From Patiriisocius sp. (GTDB taxonomy: Bacteria > Bacteroidota > Bacteroidia > Flavobacteriales > Flavobacteriaceae): 64,000 nucleotides of DNA. Of the stretch, positions 9,923 to 17,659 are shown in pieces (positions within the stretch are counted from its first letter, which is position 1; every line of letters begins with the position of its first letter). Under the pieces are notes generated by a model that saw only the letters and a program-made list of their open reading frames with translations, had not been told where the DNA came from and did not search any database. The translations under genes were made by a program, and so were the position numbers. Location: the NCBI RefSeq assembly GCF_051252435.1, contig NZ_JBPOFW010000001.1, positions 888,826 to 952,825 on the forward strand. The letters run 5' to 3'.

Positions 9923-10693
9923 ATGAAAAAATATGTTACAATAGCATTGTTGGCTATCACCACAGCGGTCTTTTCACAAGAAAGGGCTTATGATACAGGA
10001 GAGTGGTTTAAATTTAGAATTCACTATGGATTAATTACCGCAGGCTATGCAACACTCACTGTAGAAAATGCTACTGTGAACGGAAAGCAAGTACATCATG
10101 TCAAGGGCGTGGGTAAAACCACGGGTATGACTGATTGGGTTTTTCCCGTCGAGGATCATTACCAGTCTTACATTGACAAAGACAAAAATATTCCATACCG
10201 TTTTATCCGTAAGATTGATGAAGGTGGATACACAAAAGATATTGAAATTAATTTTGACTATAAAACGCAAATGGCGAGGGTCAATAATAAAAAACACGGT
10301 ACCATTGAAGAGGTAGCATTGCCATCAAATGCACAGGATATGGTCTCTTCGTTCTATTATTTACGTAATAAATTAGACACAAAAAATATTCAAATAGGCG
10401 ATGTGATTGATATGAATATGTTTTTTGACCGTGGCACGCATAAATTCCGTTTAAAATTTTTGGGTAGGGAAACCTTAAACACTAATTTTGGCAAAGTGCC
10501 CACACTTATATTTAGACCTTATGTGGAGAGCGGAAGAGTCTTTAAAGAAGAAGAGAGTTTAACGGTTTGGGTGACAGACGATGATAACAAGATGCCCATT
10601 TTAATCAAGGCAGATTTAATGGTAGGGTCTCTTAAAGCAACATTGACAGAGTATAAAGGATTACAGCATCAATTTAAGATTATTGTAGACTAA
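9923..10693 (+). CDS. Secreted DUF3108-like protein
   Basis: 256 aa with a signal peptide. GEWFKFRIHYGLITAGYATLTVE resembles the DUF3108 N-terminal signature as I recall it. No HMM was run. Confidence 0.5.
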   Translation: MKKYVTIALLAITTAVFSQERAYDTGEWFKFRIHYGLITAGYATLTVENATVNGKQVHHVKGVGKTTGMTDWVFPVEDHYQSYIDKDKNIPYRFIRKIDEGGYTKDIEINFDYKTQMARVNNKKHGTIEEVALPSNAQDMVSSFYYLRNKLDTKNIQIGDVIDMNMFFDRGTHKFRLKFLGRETLNTNFGKVPTLIFRPYVESGRVFKEEESLTVWVTDDDNKMPILIKADLMVGSLKATLTEYKGLQHQFKIIVD

Positions 10694-10696
10694 CAA

Positions 10697-11635
10697 ATGA
10701 AAATAGAAAAAACAACCAAAGATCTTTTAGCTCAACTAGAAAAAAAATTTGATGCCATAGGGCAGGATTTAGATACACATCTTGAAGGGTTGTTGCATTC
10801 AGAACCTATCACGTATTGGGATTATATTCAAACAGATGCCCTACTCAATTTACAAATACAACGTACCACATTACCCGATGAAATGGTGTTCATTATGTAC
10901 CACCAAATCAACGAGTTGCTTTTTAAAATGATTTTATGGGAAATTGAGCAAGTTTCAAAAGAGGCGGAAATTTCCGTAGCATTCTTTTCTCAAAAGTTGA
11001 TGCGTATAAGTAGGTATTTTGATATGTTAACCTCTTCCTTTACCATTATGCAGCACGGCATGGACCGTGAGCAATATATGAAATTTAGAATGACGCTGAC
11101 CCCAGCGAGTGGTTTTCAAAGTGCACAATACCGAAAAATAGAATTTGCTTCAACTGATTTGATTAATTTGATTGATGCACGTTTCAGAAAAACGATTGAC
11201 CGCGACACATCTTACGAGCACGCGCTTGACCATCTGTATTGGCAAGCAGCTGGAAAAGATTTTGAAACCGGTAAAAAGAGCTATTTGTTGACAGCTTTTG
11301 AGGAGCGTTATAAAGACGAATTTATCATCTTTACGCAAGAATATAATACCACAAATTTATACGCCAAGTTTAAAGAATTACCAGAAAATGTAAAACAAAA
11401 TGAAACACTTGTAAAAGCCATGCGTCATTACGATTATACGGTAAATGTTACTTGGGTGATGGCACATTACAATGCTGCAAAATTTTACATAGGTGGTGAT
11501 GATACCCTTAAAGAAATCGAAGCGACGGGTGGCAGCGATTGGAAAAAATATATGCACCCCAAATATCAAAAACGCGTTTTTTTCCCCAGCGTTTGGAGCG
11601 ATAAAGAGCTCTCAGAATGGGGAACAGATATTTAA
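10697..11635 (+). CDS. kynA: Tryptophan 2,3-dioxygenase family protein
   Basis: 312 aa. YWDYIQTDALLNLQ and MYHQINELLFKMILWE match the TDO helical-core motifs. Confidence 0.8.
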   Translation: MKIEKTTKDLLAQLEKKFDAIGQDLDTHLEGLLHSEPITYWDYIQTDALLNLQIQRTTLPDEMVFIMYHQINELLFKMILWEIEQVSKEAEISVAFFSQKLMRISRYFDMLTSSFTIMQHGMDREQYMKFRMTLTPASGFQSAQYRKIEFASTDLINLIDARFRKTIDRDTSYEHALDHLYWQAAGKDFETGKKSYLLTAFEERYKDEFIIFTQEYNTTNLYAKFKELPENVKQNETLVKAMRHYDYTVNVTWVMAHYNAAKFYIGGDDTLKEIEATGGSDWKKYMHPKYQKRVFFPSVWSDKELSEWGTDI

Positions 11636-11656
11636 TAATTTAAAGAATAATAACAT

Positions 11657-12922
11657 TTGATTCTGAAGTTTTTCTTCGGAAATATTAAACGAATTTCCCT
11701 TTTGAAATACCTACTATATATACTGCCGGCGCTATTTTTACTACTATCATGTGAAGAGGAAATCAAAGAAGACGACTCCATTGTTCCTCTTTCCGAAGAA
11801 GAAATAATAACAAGAGAATACGGTTATACGTTGAATGATTTCAACGTAGTGCGTGATACCATTAGAAAAGGAGACACCTTTGGAGGAATTTTAAACGAAA
11901 ATGGCGTCAACAACTCGAAGATTTTTGAAGTTGCTACACGCTTTAAAGATAGTTTTGATGTACGTAGGATCGTGGTGGGCAAGCCTTACGTATTGTTAAA
12001 TTCTAAAGACACTTTAAATACTACCCAAGTTTTCATATATGAAAAGAGTAAAGTGGATTATGCGGTAATTGATTTTAGAGATGATGTGTCGGTAAACTTA
12101 TTTCAGAAACCCATAAAATATGTTGAGCGCGAGGATTCTGGGATTATTACAAATTCGCTTTCAGTCACGATGGAAGAGAACAATCTAAGTCCGGCGATGA
12201 CTGAACGATTGGCAAATATTTATGCTTGGACGGTCAACTTTTTTAAACTCCAAAAGGGCGACCGCTTTAAGGTTGTTTATACTGAAAAATATATTGACGA
12301 TACCATACCTGCAGGGATTGACAAGATAAAAGCCGCATATTTTGAACATAAGGGAGTGCCTTTGTATGCATTTGGATATAATAATGACAGCCTGCACGGA
12401 TTTGATTTTTATGACGAAAAAGCCGAAAATTTACGACGAGCATTCTTAAAGGCTCCGGTAAAATTTAGTCGTATTTCTTCAAAATATAATCTTAAAAGGC
12501 GTATTAAATATTATGGATATAAACTGCGTCCTCACAAAGGGACAGATTTTGCCGCACCTATAGGAACCCCCATTTTAGCAACAGCAGACGGTACCGTAAC
12601 CGAATCTGAGCGTCGTGGCGGTAATGGTAATTATGTAAAAATTAAACATAATAGCACTTACGATACACAATATTTACACATGAAAAGCCGCAATGTTCGT
12701 GTTGGTAATTATGTTCGTCAAGGAGATGTCATTGGTTGGATAGGAATGACAGGAAATACTGGGGGCCCACATGTATGTTATCGTTTTTGGAAAAATGGAA
12801 AGCAAGTTGATCCTTTTCAGGAAGATTTGCCGGCTTCAAAACCGCTACCAACAGAATTTCGTGAAGACTATTACGCGAAAATAGAGCCTTTAAAAACGCA
12901 GTTAGATTGTATCAAATTTTAG
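11657..12922 (+). CDS. M23 family metallopeptidase (lipoprotein). The start codon is uncertain.
   Basis: HKGTDFAAPIGTPILATADGTV ... GMTGNTGGPHVCYRF (LytM/M23 motifs). There is no ATG near the 5' end. The track start at 11657 is TTG. An in-frame TTG at 11702 would give (M)KYLLYILPALFLLLSC, a clean lipoprotein signal. Confidence 0.8.
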   Translation: MILKFFFGNIKRISLLKYLLYILPALFLLLSCEEEIKEDDSIVPLSEEEIITREYGYTLNDFNVVRDTIRKGDTFGGILNENGVNNSKIFEVATRFKDSFDVRRIVVGKPYVLLNSKDTLNTTQVFIYEKSKVDYAVIDFRDDVSVNLFQKPIKYVEREDSGIITNSLSVTMEENNLSPAMTERLANIYAWTVNFFKLQKGDRFKVVYTEKYIDDTIPAGIDKIKAAYFEHKGVPLYAFGYNNDSLHGFDFYDEKAENLRRAFLKAPVKFSRISSKYNLKRRIKYYGYKLRPHKGTDFAAPIGTPILATADGTVTESERRGGNGNYVKIKHNSTYDTQYLHMKSRNVRVGNYVRQGDVIGWIGMTGNTGGPHVCYRFWKNGKQVDPFQEDLPASKPLPTEFREDYYAKIEPLKTQLDCIKF

Positions 12923-13057
12923 TATAATGTGTTGATAAACTTGTTATTAACTCCACTTTCCTAGTTCTTCTATTGGGATAAAAATCATTTACTTTTAGAT
13001 TAATAAATTAGTATCATTTTCTTAACATTGATGTTGTGTCAATGTATAAGTTAACCG

Positions 13058-13065
13058 TACTTTTG
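13058..13065 (+). promoter_or_regulatory. Candidate Bacteroidetes -7 promoter box (TACTTTTG = TAnnTTTG), with a TTG 21 nt upstream
   Basis: Lies 31 nt upstream of the TonB receptor ATG at 13097. The consensus comes from the published Bacteroidetes sigma-A promoter motif. Confidence 0.4.
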
Positions 13066-13096
13066 CAAAATAATTCTAAATTAAAAAAACAAACAC

Positions 13097-15742
13097 ATGA
13101 AAAAACTATTACTAATTACTTTTATGGCAATAGCAGGGATGGCTTCATCGTTTGCTCAAGGTACCGTAACAGGAACTGTTGTTGATGCAGATCTTGGTGG
13201 ACCTTTGCCGGGCGCTAATGTTCTTGTAACAGGAACAACAAATGGAACCATTACAGATTTTGATGGTAACTTTACATTAGAGGTAGCAAATAATACGGGT
13301 ACTCTTACACTAAGCTACGTAGGTTTTACAGGAAGAACTGTTAAGTACACGCTTCAAAATGGTGTTGCAAATTTAGGGTCACTTGATATTACTCCAGATG
13401 CAGCTTCACTTGATGAGGTTATCATTGTAGGAAGTGGAGTTATTCAAGTAGCAGAAGGACGTACAACTCCAGTTGCCGTTTCAACAATTAGAGAGGAAGA
13501 AATCCGCTTGAAAGTTGCTGGTAATGCAGAATTTACTGAGTCATTTAAAAACACACCTTCGGTTTATGTTGCAAACCAAGGAAGTGGTTTTGGTGATAGT
13601 GAGGTTTTCTTAAGAGGATTTGATGACACTAACACAGCATTTTTATTGAACGGTCAACCTATCAATAGCCAGGAAGATGGTCGTATGTTTTGGTCAAACT
13701 GGTCTGGTATGAGTGATGTAGCTAATGCTGTGCAGGTACAAAGAGGACTTGGTGCTTCTAAGCTTGCCATTTCTTCAGTAGGTGGTACCGTGAACATTAT
13801 ATCTAAGACTACAGATAAACAACAAGGTGGGTCTGTGCGTGTACTTGGCGGTAATGATAGTTACTTTAAAGGTACTGTTTCATATGATTCAGGATTGAAC
13901 GAAAATGGTTGGGCATTTTCAGTATTATTAGATCACTGGCAAGCACACAGAAAATATGCTATTGGTACTGCTGGGCAAGGACAAAATTATTTGTTTGCAG
14001 TAGGTTATAAGCCAAGTGATAGAAGTTCTTTCAACTTTTTACTTACTGGTGCTCCACAGTTTCACGATCAAAACTTCAGCAATAGACAAGAGGTGTATGA
14101 TGAGTTTGGTGGAAAACACAATACTCAAACAGGTTTCTTAGACGGAGAGCGTTACACAGAACGCCGTAATTACTACCACAAGCCAGTGGCAAACTTAAAC
14201 TGGGATTATGAGGTTAGTGATAAAACGGATTTATCTACAGTGGCATATGCTTCATGGGGCCGCGGTGGTGGTACAGGAGGTTTGGGTTCAAGTTCAAATC
14301 GTGTACGAATTAACAACAATCCAAACCAAGAAATCGATTTTGAGCAAATAAGAGATAACAACATCGCAAGAGCTGATAATGGTGTTGGAAACTTTGGTGA
14401 TTCTTTTATTAGGAGAGCTTCAGTGAACAATCACAACTGGTATGGATTACTTTCTAACTTAAATTATGAAGCAAATGAAAACTGGGATTTAAGTATTGGT
14501 GTTGACGCAAGACTTTATAAAGGAGATCATTTCCGTCAGGTAAATGATTTATTGGGTCTTACAGGATTTAATGACAACTTTGGAACGGATCGTCCAGATG
14601 GTTACACGTTTCAAAATGAATATGATGCAGATCCATGGTCAGCCTTATTTGACTATGCAAATGAAGCAAACCGTACGCAATATGATTATAGTGAGAACAT
14701 TAATTATGTAGGTGGTTTTGGTCAAGCAGAATATGTTTCTGGTGGATTCTCAGCTTTTGTGCAAGGTGCCGTTTCTACACAATCTTTTCAAAGAACGGGA
14801 CGTTTTACAGGAACTACGATTGATGGTGTTGACGGTTTAGGAGAATCTGAAAAAATCAGCAAACTAGGTTATAATGCTAAAGGTGGATTGGGTTATGCAA
14901 TTAATGATGCAAGTACTTTCTTCGGAAACGCTGGATATTATTCAAAGCAACCTTATTTAGATAATATTTTTCAAGATATCAGAAATTCAAATGCATTAGT
15001 TCAACCAGAAGTTGAGAATGAAGAAATTTTAGGATTTGAAGCAGGATATCGTTATAAAGCAGGAAACCTTAGAATAAATCTTGATGTTTATAGAACAGAG
15101 TGGGGAAATCGTTATGTAGCTTCTAGTGGAAGAACTACTGATTTAAGTGATCCAGAAAATCCAGTTGATGTGTTTTTTACAGATCGTTTTACAGACGTTA
15201 CTCAAATACACCAAGGATTTGAATTTGACTTTGAATACCGTCCAGATAGTGACCTTTACAGACTTAAAGGATATGGTTCATTAGGAAACTGGAAATATGA
15301 CGGAGCAACTCCATTTACACGTCAAAATGATGACACTTTAGAATTTATAACTCCCGAAGATAATACACTTGATCTTTCTGGGGTTAAAGTAGGTCGTGCG
15401 CCACAAACATCTTTCGGAGCTGGACTTATGATTAAATTATGTGAAGGACTTTCTATCGATGGTGATTACAATGTATATACAGACTTATATGCAAGAGTTG
15501 ATGCTGATCAAGTAATTGAAGCTGCACAAGACGGTGTAAGATTTCAGTCAGAAAGACTTGATCCTTACGGATTATTAGATTTAGGTCTTACTTACAAATT
15601 TAACTTTAGCGGAAACAAATTAACTTTCCGTGCTAATGCTTATAATGCAACTAATGAGGCATTCATAACTAGAAAAGATAATTTTGGTGTTGGACTTGGA
15701 AACGGTAGAACGTATAACGCAAGTTTACGTTATGCTTTCTAA
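13097..15742 (+). CDS. TonB-dependent outer-membrane receptor (CarboxypepD_reg + plug + barrel)
   Basis: 881 aa. Signal peptide, then GTVTGTVVDADLGGPLPGANVLVTGTTNGTITDFDGNFTL, FLRGFDDTNTAFLLNGQPIN, and a terminal ...ASLRYAF. Confidence 0.85.
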   Translation: MKKLLLITFMAIAGMASSFAQGTVTGTVVDADLGGPLPGANVLVTGTTNGTITDFDGNFTLEVANNTGTLTLSYVGFTGRTVKYTLQNGVANLGSLDITPDAASLDEVIIVGSGVIQVAEGRTTPVAVSTIREEEIRLKVAGNAEFTESFKNTPSVYVANQGSGFGDSEVFLRGFDDTNTAFLLNGQPINSQEDGRMFWSNWSGMSDVANAVQVQRGLGASKLAISSVGGTVNIISKTTDKQQGGSVRVLGGNDSYFKGTVSYDSGLNENGWAFSVLLDHWQAHRKYAIGTAGQGQNYLFAVGYKPSDRSSFNFLLTGAPQFHDQNFSNRQEVYDEFGGKHNTQTGFLDGERYTERRNYYHKPVANLNWDYEVSDKTDLSTVAYASWGRGGGTGGLGSSSNRVRINNNPNQEIDFEQIRDNNIARADNGVGNFGDSFIRRASVNNHNWYGLLSNLNYEANENWDLSIGVDARLYKGDHFRQVNDLLGLTGFNDNFGTDRPDGYTFQNEYDADPWSALFDYANEANRTQYDYSENINYVGGFGQAEYVSGGFSAFVQGAVSTQSFQRTGRFTGTTIDGVDGLGESEKISKLGYNAKGGLGYAINDASTFFGNAGYYSKQPYLDNIFQDIRNSNALVQPEVENEEILGFEAGYRYKAGNLRINLDVYRTEWGNRYVASSGRTTDLSDPENPVDVFFTDRFTDVTQIHQGFEFDFEYRPDSDLYRLKGYGSLGNWKYDGATPFTRQNDDTLEFITPEDNTLDLSGVKVGRAPQTSFGAGLMIKLCEGLSIDGDYNVYTDLYARVDADQVIEAAQDGVRFQSERLDPYGLLDLGLTYKFNFSGNKLTFRANAYNATNEAFITRKDNFGVGLGNGRTYNASLRYAF

Positions 15743-15767
15743 TTTGAAATGTAACTGAAAATTAAAA

Positions 15768-15796
15768 CTGCCTCTAAAAAGGGGCAGTTTTTTTTA
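15768..15796 (+). terminator. Rho-independent terminator after the TonB receptor gene
   Basis: ctgcctc-taaaaa-ggggcag followed by T9. Confidence 0.75.
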
Positions 15797-15860
15797 TTAG
15801 TGAAACTCATTTTGAATATTTTGCCAATGAACAATTCCTCAAAATGAAAAGTTAAACTAA

Positions 15861-15890
15861 CCCCGCTACTTTAGCGGGTTCTTTTATTTT
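15861..15890 (+). terminator. Second terminator-like hairpin about 90 nt downstream of the first
   Basis: cccgct-acttt-agcggg followed by ttcttttatttt. Confidence 0.5.
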
Positions 15891-15921
15891 GTACCTTTGG
15901 GTCACCAACTTAAAACTTATA

Positions 15922-16365
15922 ATGATGTACGATGCTGTTCAAATAATTCATTCCTATTGGGCTTATTTAGTGGTCCTCGTTGTTTTCTTAGCCACAATCA
16001 ATGCGGTTGTTGGGCATTTCAGTAAAAAGGAGTACAGTTATAAGGATTTCAGGATTTCTTTGTTTGCGTTAATCGTCACTCATATTCAGTTGTTGATTGG
16101 TCTTGTGCTCTATTTTATATCGCCACTAGGATTTCAATCAATAAAGAATAATGGAATGTCTGTAGTGATGAAAGATTCAATGTTGCGCCTATATGCGGTT
16201 GAACACATTACAGTGATGATACTTGCAACTGTGTTTATTACCATAGGATATTCAAAACATAAAAAGAAATTGACATCTGCACCCAAATTGAAAACATTGG
16301 CAATTTTTTATACAATTGCTTTGGTGCTTATCTTGAGCAGAATTCCTTGGGCACAGTGGTTTTAA
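15922..16365 (+). CDS. Small integral membrane protein (4 predicted TM helices), function unknown
   Basis: The ORF track starts at a TTG (15889). The first ATG is at 15922 (MMYDAVQIIHSYWAYLVVLVVFLATI...). The protein is hydrophobic throughout. Confidence 0.5.
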   Translation: MMYDAVQIIHSYWAYLVVLVVFLATINAVVGHFSKKEYSYKDFRISLFALIVTHIQLLIGLVLYFISPLGFQSIKNNGMSVVMKDSMLRLYAVEHITVMILATVFITIGYSKHKKKLTSAPKLKTLAIFYTIALVLILSRIPWAQWF

Positions 16366-16404
16366 ATAGTTATTAGTTTTTAGGACGCTCCACTTGTAGC
16401 TATT

Positions 16405-16453
16405 AAAAAAAAAAGCATCCAAATTTCATTTTGAAATTTGGATGCTTTTTTTT
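16405..16453. terminator. Bidirectional terminator between convergent genes
   Basis: A10-gcatccaaatttca-tttt-tgaaatttggatgc-T8. Confidence 0.85.
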
Positions 16454-16468
16454 ATTGATAACCCAAAG

Positions 16469-17527
16469 CTAATTGCTTTCCTTTTCTTTAATTAAATAAA
16501 CGAATACAGGAAAGTGATCACTGTATCCACCAGTAAAAGCACCATTCCCAAAAGAACGATACGGATATCCTTTGTACTGTCCTCTTGAGTTTGCTAAATA
16601 CGATTTGTTATAAATACCTGCTTTGTAAAACCGGTAGCTGCTGTAATCCTCTTTTGTAAACTCGGTAGAAAGAATCATTTGGTCAAATAAATTCCAACCA
16701 TCTCTATAAGCAAGCGTTCCTAAACCGTCTTTGAACATATTATACATAGGGTTATATAATTCTTTCATTTTCATTCCTTCTTTTTCGGCTTTAGGCTGCA
16801 ATACATCACGCACACTTGGGCTGGTTGGGTCATCGTTTAAATCACCCATGGTAATGATTTTTGCATAAGGTTCATCAACAAAAATAGAGTCCATGATATG
16901 TTTGTTCAATTTTGCTGCGCTTATTCTCTTTTTGCGACTACGCGCTTCGCCACCACTTCTTGATGGCCAGTGGTTGACTATAAAGTGGATTTTTTCTCCG
17001 TCGAGCATTCCGCTAACTACAAGTTGGTCCCGTGTAAAAATTCTTTTAGTAGGTTCGTCGTTATCATAAATAACTAACTCGTGCGCCTTATAGTTTGTAG
17101 GATTGAAAAGACGTTTTTGATATAAAAGCGCGACATCAATTCCGCGACGATCTGGAGAATCAAATTGGATGATTCCATAATCCTTAAGTAATAATGGTTC
17201 TTGGTTTACAAGATCTTCCAATACTTTTCTGTTTTCGGTTTCACAAACACCTATTATTGCTGGAGAAGTTCCTGTAATATCTTTTCCTATTTCTGAAATT
17301 ACCTTCGCCATATTTTTCAATTTGGCCTGATAGATTTCTTCTGTCCAATGATCTTTTCCGTCTGGAGTTCTATCATCATCAAAAGTGATGGGGTCGTTTT
17401 CTGTGTCAAATAAATTCTCGAGGTTGTAAAAGGCAATAGTATTCACTTTGTATTCTTTCTTTTTTTGCCCGAGTGCTACTGAGAAAGACAATAATAATAG
17501 GGGTAAAATGTACTTCGGAAATTTCAT
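16469..17527 (-). CDS. Secreted endonuclease/exonuclease/phosphatase (EEP) family protein, putative extracellular nuclease
   Basis: Signal peptide MKFPKYILPLLLLSFSVALGQ from the ATG at 17527 (the track start at 17578 is an upstream TTG). EEP motifs FYNLENLFD, VNHWPSRSGGE, GDLNDDP and GYSDHFPV. Confidence 0.8.
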   Translation of the reverse strand: MKFPKYILPLLLLSFSVALGQKKKEYKVNTIAFYNLENLFDTENDPITFDDDRTPDGKDHWTEEIYQAKLKNMAKVISEIGKDITGTSPAIIGVCETENRKVLEDLVNQEPLLLKDYGIIQFDSPDRRGIDVALLYQKRLFNPTNYKAHELVIYDNDEPTKRIFTRDQLVVSGMLDGEKIHFIVNHWPSRSGGEARSRKKRISAAKLNKHIMDSIFVDEPYAKIITMGDLNDDPTSPSVRDVLQPKAEKEGMKMKELYNPMYNMFKDGLGTLAYRDGWNLFDQMILSTEFTKEDYSSYRFYKAGIYNKSYLANSRGQYKGYPYRSFGNGAFTGGYSDHFPVFVYLIKEKESN

Positions 17528-17659
17528 TGAATGTGTAATATTAAGTTTATGTAAAGGATTCTGTAATTGAAGATTCAAAAGTAAATAATTGAATTGAAAG
17601 TCCTACTTTTGCTCGCATTTCATAACAATTTAATAATTATAACTCTTTAAAATTTCAGA

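Noticed and set aside
17528-17578. 5' extensions of track ORFs from upstream TTG codons (17578, 15889, 37278, 49078, 32317)
   Set aside because: In each case a nearby downstream ATG gives a canonical signal peptide or a conserved family N-terminus. The extensions add non-conserved residues.
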